A DNA stretch of 64,000 nucleotides, taken from Octopus sinensis. Lineage: Eukaryota. The notes below the pieces were generated by a model. That model made no database searches. It saw only the letters and a program-made list of their open reading frames with translations, and was not told the origin of the DNA. Below are positions 39,522-52,370 of this stretch, one piece after another (the first letter of the stretch is position 1; every line of letters begins with the position of its first letter). The stretch is from NCBI RefSeq assembly GCF_006345805.1, contig NC_043002.1, forward strand, positions 34,224,001-34,288,000, written 5' to 3'. Position numbers and translations under genes: made by a program.

Positions 39522-39849
39522 CACACACACATATACATATTTACAACTTAGACACATAAGGGTATCTATACTCACATACAGATATACAAGTTTACACCTG
39601 CATACATAAGTATAGCCCTATATATCTATGCAAACAGGCGGATACACACATGTATCTATATTTACATAATAAAGCTTAGACAGAATCTCAACAATAAACC
39701 CATATATCCATACTGATTGTCCATCAAAATCCGACCACGATGCCATCCACTCTCTTAATTGGTGAGGTCTTTGATCTCTGAACAATCGTATCCTTTTATT
39801 TTTCTTTAGTTACTTTTTCGAATCATGCCAACTTATAAGAGCTAGTTTC

Positions 39850-40055
39850 CCAGTTTCATGGCACATATATATTCCTCACCTGGACGGAACGCCGGTATGC
39901 CGCAGGATTACTCATTTTTGCCAGCTGAGTGGACTGGAGCAACATAAAATGAAGTGTTTTGCTCAAGAGCACAAAGCGCAGCTTGGTCCAGGAATCGAAT
40001 TCACAATCTCACGATCATAAGTCCAACACCCTAACCACTCAGCCACGCGCCTCCA
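39850..40055 (-). mobile_element. SINE family C fragment
   Basis: Reverse complement of a tRNA-like head and the TACTCATTTTTGCCAGCTGAGT body shared with 45930-46025. Confidence 0.7.
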
Positions 40056-40079
40056 CACTTCTATCCTATCCCCATCCTA

Positions 40080-40515
40080 GATTTTATTGCTGGTATATGG
40101 TATGTGATAGTAGTGGAAACCATGGTTACATGGTTCCATATCTCCTGGCATCTCTATCAGCTGGCATCCTTCTACAGTTTTCCAACATATCATCCTCCAT
40201 TTCCAACACATGATCCCGGCTTCAATAGATACCGCTAAATAATGAACAGCACAAGAGTCCCTATCTTCACACAGATACCGCTAAATAGTCAACAGTAGCA
40301 TTGTACATTTCCTCCCTAACGTACTTGCATTTCCTCAAAGCATTCTTCACTAGAACATTATAACATTTCTTTGGTCCTGAAACAGAGCGGCGAACACTAT
40401 ACAAATGGTGGTATCTCACTTTGTTGGGTAGCTGGTACGTGGAATCATCTTTATCACGTACCCTAGCCACTGCAACTGGTACTGGGTGATCATGGCCATA
40501 GTATTTTGCCCGTTG
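40080..40515 (-). mobile_element. RTE-clade LINE, 3' fragment
   Basis: Minus-strand AMITQYQLQWLGYVIKM and RRSVSGPKKCYNVLVKNALRKC match the RTE C-terminal pattern (QLRWLGHV.RM ... GG.KKR.KD). Confidence 0.7.
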
Positions 40516-40962
40516 TTCTCTATAAGTAAAGTATTATATTATACACGCGTGCACACACACACACACACATAAACACACACACATACATACACACACGTGT
40601 TGGCATTTATGTGTTTAATTCAACAAAATCACTTAAAACAAAAAAAAGGGTAACATCACCTTCCCATCAATAGGCATCGATAACATTAAATATCTGACTA
40701 GAACATGAACAAAGTACTGGGGTCGTCGATATGAAGGGCTACATACATCCTTAAAAGCGGTGCTCCAGCCTAGCTGTAACCCAATGGCTAAACCAAGGAA
40801 AGAATAAAAAAATAATGAATATACTATGTAACACCAATGAGCAGTCTTCAAGTGTTTTATAAAACTGCATAAAAACTGGAATTAAGAATATTCTTTACAT
40901 GAAGAGAACGGGTAGAGTTAGATTACAGACTATGTTTATAGGTTTTCCTTTCTCCACTTCAG

Positions 40963-41014
40963 AATAGTGGGTTTAGTCCCTCATCAAATGAAAATAACCC
41001 TGTTGATATAATTC
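40963..41014 (+). CDS. Candidate upstream exon of the EGF-TM gene (NSGFSPSSNENNPVDII), phase 0-1
   Basis: Strong acceptor TTTTCCTTTCTCCACTTCAG, donor C|GTAAAA, only one open frame, compatible with 41099 across an 84-nt intron. Confidence 0.4.
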
Positions 41015-41098
41015 GTAAAATATCACAGAACGTGTTCTATGTACCAAAAAGTGAATCAGTTGTAATTTAATACAATGAAATGTTTGTTCCGTTGACAG

Positions 41099-41179
41099 CT
41101 TTATTGAGGAGAAGGCGGTCTATAGAGACAAATCATATTTACAATTTGGACGAGGTCGCAGCTGATGACGAAGAAATAG
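41099..41179 (+). CDS. Exon of the EGF-TM precursor gene: xLLRRRRSIETNHIYNLDEVAADDEEI (furin-type site, acidic spacer), phase 1-1
   Basis: Acceptor TGTTTGTTCCGTTGACAG, donor G|GTAGGT, 81 nt, open in the frame that joins the EGF exon. Confidence 0.75.
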
Positions 41180-41562
41180 GTAGGTACTTGTTCATACATT
41201 GCATTTATATTGTATTTCTTCGGTTCATAGGTATTAAGTAACAGCAGGTCGTACACCGAAAGTACAATTTCACTTCCCTTAAACCGCAAAAAAAAGGAAA
41301 TATTTAAATATATATATATTCTGAGCATCATCTTCGTTACACCTCGATTTAGAAATCAAACTTGTAACCCTGCTGTCATTAAGAGAAGTGCTTATCTCCC
41401 ATCTCAATAACTGCTGTCAGGGCATTTCACGTGTTTAAACCTAAGATAACTTATGAATGAATTACATGGTACCAGCATCGCTGAGGTCCGTTTTGATAAA
41501 TTTTGAAGGATACAAATATAAAGGCTGTCTCATAATGACGGGTGCATTTTATTTGTAATATT

Positions 41563-42420
41563 TGTAGGGCAGCGAGCTTGCTGAATCGTTAGCACGCCGG
41601 GCGAAATGCTTAGCGGTATTTCGTCTGCCGTTATGTTCTGAGTTCAAATTCCGCCGAGGTCGACTTTGTCTTTCATCCTTTCAGGGTCGATTAAATAAGT
41701 ACCAGTTACGCACTGGGGTCGGTATAATCGACTTAATCCGTTTGTCTGCCCTTGTTTGTCCTCTCTGTGTTTAGCCCCTTGTGGGTAGTAAAGAAATAAT
41801 TATTTCGTTTGCCGTTATATACTGAGCTCAAATTCCGCCGATGTCGACTTTGCCGTTCATCCTTTCGGGTTCCGTAAAATAAGTACCAGTTACGTACTGG
41901 GGTTGATCCAATCGACTGCCCAACACTCCCCCAAAATTTCGGGCCTTTGCCTAGAGTAGAAAATAATATTTGTAGGGCAGCGAGCTGGCTGAATCGTTAG
42001 CACGCCAGACAAAATGCTTAGCAGTATTTCGTCCGCCTACAAGTTCTGAGTTCAAATTCTGTCGAGGTTGTCTCTGCCATTCATCTTTTCGGGGTCGATA
42101 AAATAAGTACCAGTCGAGCACTGGGGTCAATGTAATTGACTTACTCTCTCCCCTAAATTCACTGGCCTTGTGCAAAAATTTGAAGCCAATGTTTGTAGGG
42201 CAGCGAGCTGACAGATCGTTAGCACGCCAAGCGAAATACTTAGCAACATTTCGTCCGACTTCACGCTCTGAGCTTAAATTCTGCCGAAGTCGACTTTACC
42301 TTTCATCCTTTCATCCTTTCGATAAAATAAGTACCAGTTGCGTACTGGGGTAGAAGTAATAGGTTTACACGCCGCCCCCCCGAAATTGCTGGCCTTGTGC
42401 CAGAATTTGAAATCAATATT
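41563..42420 (+). mobile_element. Tandem array of 3 SINE B copies, the first with a duplicated core
   Basis: TGTAGGGCAGCGAGCT heads at about 41563, 41970 and 42193. Confidence 0.88.
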
Positions 42421-42629
42421 TGTAATATATGTTTTTGTTCCAGTCCGAGTTACGTTTAAAAAGTGTCCCACCTGTGTGAGACTCCTCGATATACATAGCT
42501 CCTATGTAATGTATTAATCAAACCATGGAGGAAGTTGCAACGCAGTCGGTAGACGTAGAAAAAATCGCTGCAAAACCTCCCTCACATACAACATCAGTCT
42601 ATAAAATAGTTAAATATTCAGATAAAGTC

Positions 42630-43110
42630 AATATTGGTCTCAAATTTTAGTAGAAGGCCAGTAATTTCGGGGGAAGCGGCTTGTCGATTACATCGACCCC
42701 AGTGCTTAACTGGTATTTATTTTATCGACCTCGAAAGCATGAAAGACAAAGTCGACCTCGGCGGAATTTGAACTCAGAACGTAAAGACGTATGTCTGCAC
42801 GATCTGAGTTCAAATTCCGCCGAGGTCGACTCTGCCTTTCATCCTTTCGGGATCGATATATTAAGTACCATCGAAACACTGGGGTTGATGCAATCGACTA
42901 GTCTCCTACCACCAAGTTTCAGACCTTGTGCATTTGGCCCAGCGTGCTAACGATTCTGCCAGCGCGGCGTCTTACGACAAGCTTATATTGAATAGAATAT
43001 CCTCTCCACGAAAGGCACAAGGCCTCAAACTTGGTGGGAGGAGACTAGTCGATTACATCAACCCCAGTGTTTCGCTGGTACTTAATATATCGATCCCGAA
43101 AGGATGAAAA
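42630..43110. mobile_element. Three alternating SINE B pieces (-, +, -)
   Basis: 28-bp perfect IR 42751-42778 / 42803-42830; ~95-bp near-identical IR about 42836-42932 / 43015-43110. Confidence 0.85.
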
Positions 43111-43553
43111 GCGCAGTCGGTAGTTAATAGCGTCAGCGCCTTCTATATCCTCCCTGGATACTAAAAAATATCACAGTGCCTCATTATCACTGCTTCATCA
43201 CTCGGTAGTTAATGATAAAATTTGGAGAGGTATGAAGTAAATGGCTTTTAAAGAAAGATTAATGCTAATCGTGCTAAGAAAGGCACAAAATGTTTAGTTC
43301 TGTATGTTATTTAATGGATCTACGTATACTGGTACACTTCAGAAATACATCAATATGGCTATGCTCATATCAGGAGCAGGCATGAATTTGTGGTTAAGAA
43401 GTTCGCCTTGCAACCACGTGCCTTCGGGTTCAGCCCCACTGCGCGGTATATTAGGCCAGTGTCTTCTACTATAACACCGGGCCAACCAATGTCTTGTGAG
43501 TAAATTAGTTGACAGCAACCGCGTGAAAGCATTCGTGTGTGTGTATGTGTATC

Positions 43554-43610
<57 letters not shown>

Positions 43611-43723
43611 GTATGTATGTATGTATGTATGTATGTATGTATGTATGTATGTGTGTGTGTATGTATGTATGTAAGTATGTATGTATGTATATATATACAT
43701 ATATATAAGTGTATATATATATA

Positions 43724-43770
<47 letters not shown>

Positions 43771-44752
43771 AGCAGAGTTAGCGGTTATAGTAACCGATTA
43801 AGGGATAAAATATCCGTATTTTATAACTATCGGTATCAGTTACCTTTGTTATCTCTGAGCATGGGTATGCAAGCACACTATGCTCGTGGGGTACAGGTAA
43901 CAACATAATAAACAAAAGTTTATCAGGAATAAAATTTAAATAACCAAAAAATGAAGAAAACTTTAGATCAACAAATAAATCAATTGGACCACATCAATTA
44001 ATACAAAATATGACATAACATTTATGGGACATAACAATTCTTACGGCCGTTTCGGCTTCCAATGTCAGTCAGTACCTACGAAAAAAATTGTGAAAATAAT
44101 ATTCTTCATAGGATATTCGAACTAGTAAATGTAGCTTCATGAGAGTGAATACAAAAGCGTCCGCACCCTTTATTTACTTCTTTTTCTTTTTCTTTTTAAT
44201 TTACATATCCATTGAATCGGTTTTAACTTTTGCCCTTGGTTCAAATATAATTGACCAACTATACAAATGGATAGACTTTGTTCTGTCCCATTGCGGACAA
44301 TAAGTGGTGTTCTCCCTAATATTTCAGTAAGTACACTATCATAAGAATCCTACGGTATTGTTTTGGATATATATCAGCTAGAACTATTTACGTGTCCTCA
44401 AATGATTTAAGAGCCGGTGTTAGTAGTTCAACAAAAGTAACCGATGGATAAGTATCAGGTTTTTTAGAAAATAAGTATCGTAAGTACGGTGGATGATTTG
44501 TTCGACTAAAACCCTTAGAGGCGGTGCCCCCCAGCATGGCCGCATTGAAGTAGATTAAAAATGAATAATAACAGATAAAGATCATGAATCAAAATTTCAA
44601 AATAGCTTTCATAGCATCCATTTATGGCAATTTTAAAACATCCTCTTCTTGCTATACTTCTGATCAAGGAAATTAAAAACAATTTATAAGTAACATTATA
44701 GTCACGATTGATACGAGTAGATTACAATAATACCTCGTCCTGTGTCTTTCAG

Positions 44753-44875
44753 AGATATATTGGAAGTGTACCAGCAACTTATGTAAAAATGGGGCCAAAT
44801 GCTTTGAAAGAGGGCCAGAATTGTGGTGTCGGTGTCCGAAAAGATACACAGGAACGTGGTGTGAGATAAAACGAG
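44753..44875 (+). CDS. EGF-like domain exon: IYWKCTSNLCKNGAKCFERGPELWCRCPKRYTGTWCEIKR, phase 1-1
   Basis: Six Cys in EGF spacing (C-X4-C-X5-C-X8-C-X-C-X8-C), acceptor TGTGTCTTTCAG, donor G|GTAAAA, 123 nt; symmetric phase 1 is the established EGF-module pattern. Confidence 0.93.
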
Positions 44876-45744
44876 GTAAAACTATTTATTCGATTCATGA
44901 GTTCAATTTTGAACTATGAGTAGATCAATGAGTTCACTTCTGAACTATGAGTAGTAGCAGATATCATTGCCTTAGTATTTATCTTTCAACTAGTGTAGTT
45001 CACAATTCTCTTCCGATTTCTGGTTGTAATACGCTTACTTCTCTTACATCGATAATACTGCTGAGAAAGACATAAATGTCTTTCCTTCGTATGTTACTTT
45101 TATGACATTTTGTATCTACAAACGCGTTATTCCATCCTATAATAACGACCGATTTGAAGCAATGTAAATTTCATTGAGTGTGAAACCAGCAATCCGATTT
45201 TAGTTATAAGTTAGAAATGTTTTATCAAAATTCTTAATGGCCTCTTAAAACAACATGTTCAGTTTGGTATCCAAGACACAGGCCCCTACAAAGCTTAAAT
45301 AAACCTGTCATGGTTATTACTGCTGTTACTGCCGCTGCTGCATTCTAAAATATAACCAAAGATATTTCCAATTTGCTGATAAACTATCACTCACCAAATG
45401 ACAGTGAGAAAGAGATGCATTTAATAACAAATCCCATCTCTAAATATTATATCACATATCTCTGTCATCGCTATAGTTCAATACTTGCTTCAATAGGAAG
45501 ATGAAACGAATGCAACTTTCAGATAAGTGGCTTCAGGTTCATATCTTGCTTTTCATTTAAGGCAAAACTACGATTAATACAACCGAGGAAAATTAGTTAC
45601 AGTATTCTTCAACTAACAAGAGTACCAGGGATGTTTGAGGTCACAGGATGGGTTGATGAGGCCATTGCAACAAAAACAGTGCGAGTATTAATAACTACGT
45701 TAATAGTGGTAGACTGACAAATATGTTCCAACCGTGAACATTTT

Positions 45745-46025
45745 GACGGCACTCCGTCGATTGCGACGACAAAAGTTCCAGTCGATCCGATCAACGGGAC
45801 AGCCTGCTCGTGAAATTATCGTGCAAGTGGCTGAGCACTCCACAGGCACGCGCACCCTTAACGTTGTTTTCGGGGAGATTCAGCGTGACACAGAATGTAA
45901 CAAAGCTGGCCCTTTGAAATACAAGTACTACTCATTTTTTGCCAGCTGAGTTAACTGGAGCAATGTAGAATAAAGTGTCTGGCTCATGAACACAACGCCA
46001 AATACCCTAACCATTAAGCCACATG
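45745..46025 (-). mobile_element. SINE family C
   Basis: Collinear with 16404-16700. Confidence 0.8.
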
Positions 46026-46159
46026 CCTTATATCCACACAGAATAACTAGCCTCTACATTATTAAATATAACCTGATATGATTTTTAGGAGACTTGGTTG
46101 CTATTTCTAACAGGTTCGCAGCAGTGGAGAGGCAGTCTTATCAGTTGCTTGCGTTTTTT

Positions 46160-46450
46160 TCATCTTTTTACTTGTTTCAGACATTAGAATGTGGCCATAC
46201 TAGAACATCGCCTTGAAAGGTTTAGTCGAATAAGTCAGCCCAGTAGTTATATGTTTTTAAACCTGGTACTTATACTTGTCTCTTTTGCCGAACGGCTAAG
46301 TTACGGGGACGTAAACACATCAACAGCGGTTGTCAAGTAGCGGTGGTGTTGGTGGTGGAGGGATACAACGGACAAAAAGACTCTCACACACACACATATA
46401 TACACGACGGGCTCCTCTCAGTTTCCGTCAGCCAAATCCAATCACGGTGG
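46160..46450 (-). mobile_element. SINE family A, diverged
   Basis: Reverse complement of the tail and part of the head. Confidence 0.72.
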
Positions 46451-47020
46451 TGGTGGTGTGGTGGTGGTTAGTATGGTAGTGGTGACCCACTGGTGAGTTG
46501 TTTTTCTCCCTTCACTGACATTTTTCTCAAACTAGTAAGACATTAACCATGCTGGAGCTTTTTCAGTAATTTTTCTTTTGTTATTCCTCAGACTGCTTCA
46601 CAGTTCCTTTTCTCCGTTAACCTCTGTTCATATTTCTTGGCTTCCTGCAAAAGAAATAAAGCAATCTCTTTTCTGTTATTTCGTTCATGTTATGCAACTA
46701 ATTGCATAGGTTTCTCTATAGTCGTACAATAGATAATTTATGATTTTTCAGTCAAAGAAGACCCATATCTCTCTGCATTCGTGCTAAATGTGTGTCTCTC
46801 TGTGTACCATTTTTATTAAGAAGTGTATTCTAAATGTAATCATTACCTTTCTAGGTTTCATGGTGTAAGCATTATAACATGTTCCTTATATCAGCTTTTT
46901 CCTTCCAATCTTTTCTTCCTTTTATGTATGCTGTACAGTTTCTGGTTCATTAATTCTATATATTTCTGGGTTTGTCTTTGGTCTAATTTTCTAATCTTTG
47001 TTCCTTTATCTGACAAAATA

Positions 47021-47578
47021 TTGGGTTGTCCGGAAAGTTCGTGCCGATTTATAGTAGCTTACCTTTCGACTTATTTTAGAACATGGTTGGATCCATAAAA
47101 TAGGATTTGACTACACCTCCATTTAGAACACAGTTTAAGCTATCTTTGCATGGAAGAAGGTTTATGTTCCTATAACCTGTGTTAATTCTGTAACCCTTTA
47201 AAATGGAAGATAAGAAAGTTCATTTTTGGCATTTGATGCTTTGGGAACCAGACAAAAATTGCTGCAGCTCAGCTGGAATGTGTTACCCTACCCTCCATAT
47301 TCACCAGATATTGCTCCTTCGGATTTCCTCTTATTCAGGTCTCTGCAGAATAGTCTTAATGGTAAAAATTTCAATTCCTTGGATGACGTAAAAAGATACC
47401 TTGATGAATTCTTTGCCATGAAACCACTGGGAAGAGGGTATTTTCAAGTTAAAGGAAAGATGGAGACGCATTGTGCAACAAAATGGTTCATATTTGGTCG
47501 ATTAAAAATGTATTGGCAAGTATTTATTGACCTTTTTCTTTCCTTTAAAAATCGGTACGAACTTTCCGGACAACCCAA
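47021..47578 (+). mobile_element. Internally deleted (non-autonomous) mariner
   Basis: TIRs TTGGGTTGTCCGGAAAGTTCGT.CCGATTT and inverse, TA flanks; N-terminal MEDKKVHF joined to C-terminal LPYPPYSPDIAPSDFLLFRSLQNSL. Confidence 0.93.
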
Positions 47579-47894
47579 TATATAAAGTAGGTATTTTTAT
47601 GTATCTTCCGCTCTTCAATCTTTGCGTGGATTTTTCTTTTCCAATTTAATTTCATGTTACTGATTCATGCACTGTCTGTAGCAGTGTTTCAGTGTTTTCA
47701 GCTATCAACCACAGCCTACAATTTGATGTTCATATACAAAAGATGGTTGATTGTCTTACTGTGGGATTTTTTTCGCAATTGTTTACCTTATTAATATTAT
47801 TTACAAAATAATTTTTTACTACTGAAGCCCATAGAAATTTTATGGATTTTATAGCTTGTTACTGTGCTGGTGAAGAGACGACGAATAATAAAGG

Positions 47895-48021
<127 letters not shown>

Positions 48022-48322
48022 GAAGATATGGAAAAGGAAGTTATGACAAATATCAGTTGAAGTACTAACAGCGAAAAATGAACAAAAAAGAGACACTAAT
48101 GAACCTATACAAACCTATGATTTTAACTCATATGCTCTTGTGCAATTAATTGTCGTTGAGAAATGTTCACTATGCCTACAAACACTACTATGATTATCAA
48201 CAACAAGCAAACAAAACATAACCACCTCCACCGCCTACATTTTTCTTTCTTTTTGTGCGATTTTCTCTTTCTTGCTCTACTCTTATGTTTTCTCCCGTTA
48301 TGCCTTTTTTGTGAATGTTAAT

Positions 48323-48389
<67 letters not shown>

Positions 48390-49169
48390 CCTCTCTCTCT
48401 TCCCTCTTTCTTTCTTTCTGCATCTTTCTTCATTCATCATTATCAAAAACAACATCACCGCTGCTGCCTCCACCACTACCATAACTACCAGCTCATTTCT
48501 TATACGATTTGAGTTACTTCTCTTAGCGTGACGCAAATGGTATGTAGGTAGAAACGTAATATTGTACAAATATATAGATAAGGGCGGTAAGTAGAATTGT
48601 TAGAGCGTCGGAAATGCTTTGACGTATAAAAAACATAAAAAGAAAGATTACGCTCTATCGAACTGGTAGAGGCGCTACAGCATCAGGGCAAATACCTTGC
48701 AGTATTTATTCCGGTTTCTTGCATTTGAAGTTCAAATCCCACAGAGGTCAACTTAACTGTTAATCCGTCCAGTGACATTAAATAAAATAACAGTTTAGAG
48801 TGGTGTATCGGTAGAATTATTAGAGCTGTCGGAAGGAATGTCTTGCGGTATTTGTTCCGACCTTTAGCATTCAGAATTTAAAAGCCCCCGTGACATACAT
48901 AGGTAACGCACTGAATCTGTCACTCGGTTTGACATCATTACCTGGTTTAGGCACCTTTAATACAATATGGTCTCCCCCAAGTTTTAAAGAGGCATGGATA
49001 TTGTTTATTCCTCCTGATTAAGCTATAAAAAGTTACAAGCTTCTACATGTGAGTTTCAAATTAGCAGAGATGGATATTGTCTTTCAAACGTCCAGTCGAT
49101 AAAAGAAGATTCAGCCAAGTATTGGGGTCGATTTAATCAGTCCTAATATTAGAAATCAATATTAACATC

Positions 49170-49585
49170 ATAAATTGGGAGTGAAGAGGGAAGTGCTGTC
49201 TTCGAGTGACTTTATTGAAAGGTGGGTGAAAGTTGTGAAAATGGCAAGAGTGGATGGTACCTTTCTAAGTGTAAAGCAGTGAGTGGGAGAAAGGGAATTG
49301 GGGAGAGCACTTCCCCTTGGTGTTCAGGGAGAGCTAGTCAGTTGAGTTCCTCGATTATCCCCAGAGGTCATCCTATATCGGGAGGACTACATCTTTAACG
49401 TCCCCCATTTTTAAACCTTTGATAACTATGTATATTTCCCTTCCTTTAAATTGTATACCGTGTATACTTACTCTTTTCCTTCTGGTTTATTTATTTATTT
49501 TTATCATTTCATTATATGTAAACCCCCACACTTTATGTCTGTTTTGTATTGTACCCCCTCATCCTTCACCCTACTAGCAAATAAA
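49170..49585 (+). mobile_element. Probable L1/Tx1-like LINE 3' end
   Basis: EVLSSSDFIERWVKVVKMARVDGT followed by a pyrimidine-rich UTR ending in AAATAAATGAAA. Clade assignment is by recall. Confidence 0.45.
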
Positions 49586-49781
49586 TGAAATCATCATCAT
49601 CATCATCACCTTCATCATCATTATTATTATTATTCTATGTTTGACTTTTGCTTTATATTTGTACAAGTTGGCTCCAAGTCTCACCCAGAGACCTCAAGAG
49701 ACAACAGGTTGGAAGTTATGCCTAGTGTGCCATATATTTGGTTTTGTATTTAGTGTTGTACTAGTGAATGTCTAAAAAAAA

Positions 49782-49904
<123 letters not shown>

Positions 49905-49912
49905 TATTACAG

Positions 49913-50048
49913 CTGGTCACGAAGGATCATGCACATGTGATGATGGTACTATGCGTAAACTTGCGATTGCTTTCGTTATCCTCTTTGTGTTGTTCCTGTT
50001 GTTCTTAATATTTGCAGCATATTTGTACAGAAGAAAACTGCCTTGTTG
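49913..50048 (+). CDS. Transmembrane exon: AGHEGSCTCDDGTMRK-LAIAFVILFVLFLLFLIFAAYLY-RRKLPC, phase 1-2
   Basis: Acceptor CTATTACAG, canonical donor TG|GTAAGT, 23-residue hydrophobic run followed by RRK; joins the EGF exon in frame. Confidence 0.85.
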
Positions 50049-50477
50049 GTAAGTAAAGACTGTCTTCTGCTCTATTATTCTGTAACCAGTTTTGATCATG
50101 ACAATAGCGACGGTAAGGGACTAGATACATAGATAAGGGTATATGGATCAAGCAAGCAGCATCTTTGCAATTCTACACACAATACAGCTGTGGTCTTCCG
50201 GGGAGATTAAACATAAACATGTTTAATTTAGACAGAAGACAGAATATTTTTAATTTAGACTTTATCAGATTGCACTTTGCTGCCACTTCTAACAACGAAT
50301 ACTCCTTTGAAGACTGCTTGTTAGACTTCTGCTTGCGGGTGTCACACATATTAAGTAGACACTCCATACCAAACTAACATCGCTTCGATGAAGGAAAATC
50401 TCGAAAACACTCTTCAATTAGGGATGTTTCCTGTCTTGTTTTGTGTGTGTGTGTGTGTGGTTTTGTTATCATTTTTG

Positions 50478-51095
50478 AAGGCGGGCAAAATGCTTAGTGG
50501 TATTTCGTCTGCCGCTACGTTCTGAATTCAAATTCCGACGAGGTCGACTTTGCCTTTCATCCTTTCGGGGTCGATTAAATAAGTACCAGTTATACACTGG
50601 GGTCGATATAATCGACTTAATCCGTTTGTCTGTCCTTGTTTGTCCTCTCTGTGTTTAACCCCTTGTGGGTAGTAAAGAAATAGAAATAGGTGAATGCGGC
50701 GAGCTGGCAGAAACGTTAGCACACCGGGCAAAATGCGTAGCCGTATTTCGTCTGCCGCTACGAACTGAGTTCAAATTCCGCTGAGGTCGACTTTGCCTTT
50801 CATCATTTCGGCGTCGATTAAATAAGTACCAGTTATACACTGGGGTCGATATAATCGACTTAATCCGTTTGTCTGTCCTTGTTTGTCCTCTCTGTCTTTA
50901 GCCCCTTGTGGGTAGTAAAGAAATAGGTATTTCGTCTGCCGCTACGTTCTGAGTTCAAATTCCGCCGAAGTCGACTTTGCTTTTCATCCTTTCGTAGTCG
51001 ATAAAATAAGTATCAAATGACCGCTGGATCCCAATGTATTCGACTTAGTCCCTCACCTGAAATTGCTGGCCTTGTGCCAAAATGTTAAACCATTA
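50478..51095 (+). mobile_element. SINE B tandem cluster, three core copies
   Basis: GTATTTCGTCTGCCGCTACG at about 50500, 50744 and 50927. Confidence 0.88.
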
Positions 51096-51579
51096 TTTTT
51101 GCAGTTGTTTTTACAGCTTTTTTTTTTTTGCTGTTATTCTTCCCTTTGTGGTTTCCGTATTCTTGTTGCTGAACATATCTTTGTTCTAGTCATTGCTATT
51201 GTTACTGCTTTATTGTTCCTGGTTTTGTTGTTATTGCTGTCGATGTTATTGTTTAAGTTGTTGTTGTTGTTGTTGTTAGAGTTGTTGACATTTTGTTGCT
51301 GTTAATTCTGTTCACGTTTTTATTGTTGAAACTATTACTGTTGTTATTGTGGTTGTTATTGTTGTTGCTATTGCTGTGTTTGTTGTCTTTATACTTGTTA
51401 CTGCTGTTATCATCTTTGTTCCACATTCACTTTTTTCATGAAATATGACAAAAAGGAAAACCTTCGAAGTCACTGCAAATTCCAAAATTACATGTCAAAT
51501 ACTAGTTTTGTTCTTTAGCGCCAGAAGATTTGTAGCCCAAGTTTTTTATATTTCCTCATCAAATTCATATCCACATATC

Positions 51580-51673
51580 CTGAGCAAGTGTCTTCTACTA
51601 TAACCTCGGGCCGACCAAAGCCTTGTGAGTGGATTTGGTTGACGGAAACTGAAAGAAGCCCGTCGTATATATG

Positions 51674-51706
<33 letters not shown>

Positions 51707-51897
51707 GTGTGTGTGTGTATGCTTGTGTGACTGTGTTTGTCCCCCCACCAATGCTGGTGCGTTTACGTCTCCGTAACTTAGCGGTTCGGCAAAAGAGACC
51801 AATAGAATAAGTACTAGGCTTACAAAGAACGAGTCCTGATGTCGATTTGCTCCAGCATGGCCACTGTCAAATGACTGAAAAAAGTAAAAGAGTGAAG
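51580..51897 (+). mobile_element. SINE family A, 5'-truncated
   Basis: Partial head, core and tail. Confidence 0.8.
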
Positions 51898-52154
51898 AGA
51901 TATCTGGTTTAGAGATGTTGATAAGCTCACACAGACATCATGTATGTACACAATAAATATTGACGAAGCTGATTGACCATCAGCTACATCGATCTCACGA
52001 TTATAGGTGATAATGTAAATCTATTCACTAAACGGACTCCGGTAATATTGAAACTTCGAGACACAATCTCCAAAACTACATTTTATTATTTAACTTTGAT
52101 TGATCAAAGTTCCGAGTTTTCTCCCTTGTTATATCTGACAACGAACTTTTGTTA

Positions 52155-52370
52155 ATGCTGGTTTCAAATTTTGGCACAAAGCCTGCATCTTGGTGGAGGG
52201 GTAAGTTGATTACATCGGCTCCATTGTTCAAGTGGTACTTATTTTATCCACTCTGAAAGGATGAAAGGTAAAGTCAACCTCGGTGGAATTTGAACCCAGA
52301 ACGTGACGACGAACGAAATGGCTTCAAGCATTTTGCCTGGCGTGCCAGCAATTCTGCCAGCTCGTTAATA
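52155..52370 (-). mobile_element. SINE family B
   Basis: Reverse complement of core and head. Confidence 0.78.

Noticed and set aside
39740-39761. ATG CCA TCC ACT CTC TTA ATT G|GTGAGG as signal-peptide exon
   Set aside because: Phase fits 41099, but the product is too short and not hydrophobic enough for a signal peptide; kept only as a remote possibility.
45562-45717. Open frame AKLRLIQPRKISYSILQLTRVPGMFEVTGWVDEAIATKT after a good acceptor
   Set aside because: Open only in phase 0, while the upstream EGF exon ends in phase 1 (which gives a stop after 11 codons); donors are weak.
50385-50420. TTCGATGAAGG...CTCGAAAAC
   Set aside because: Possibly a decayed hammerhead, but core and stems are too degenerate to support.
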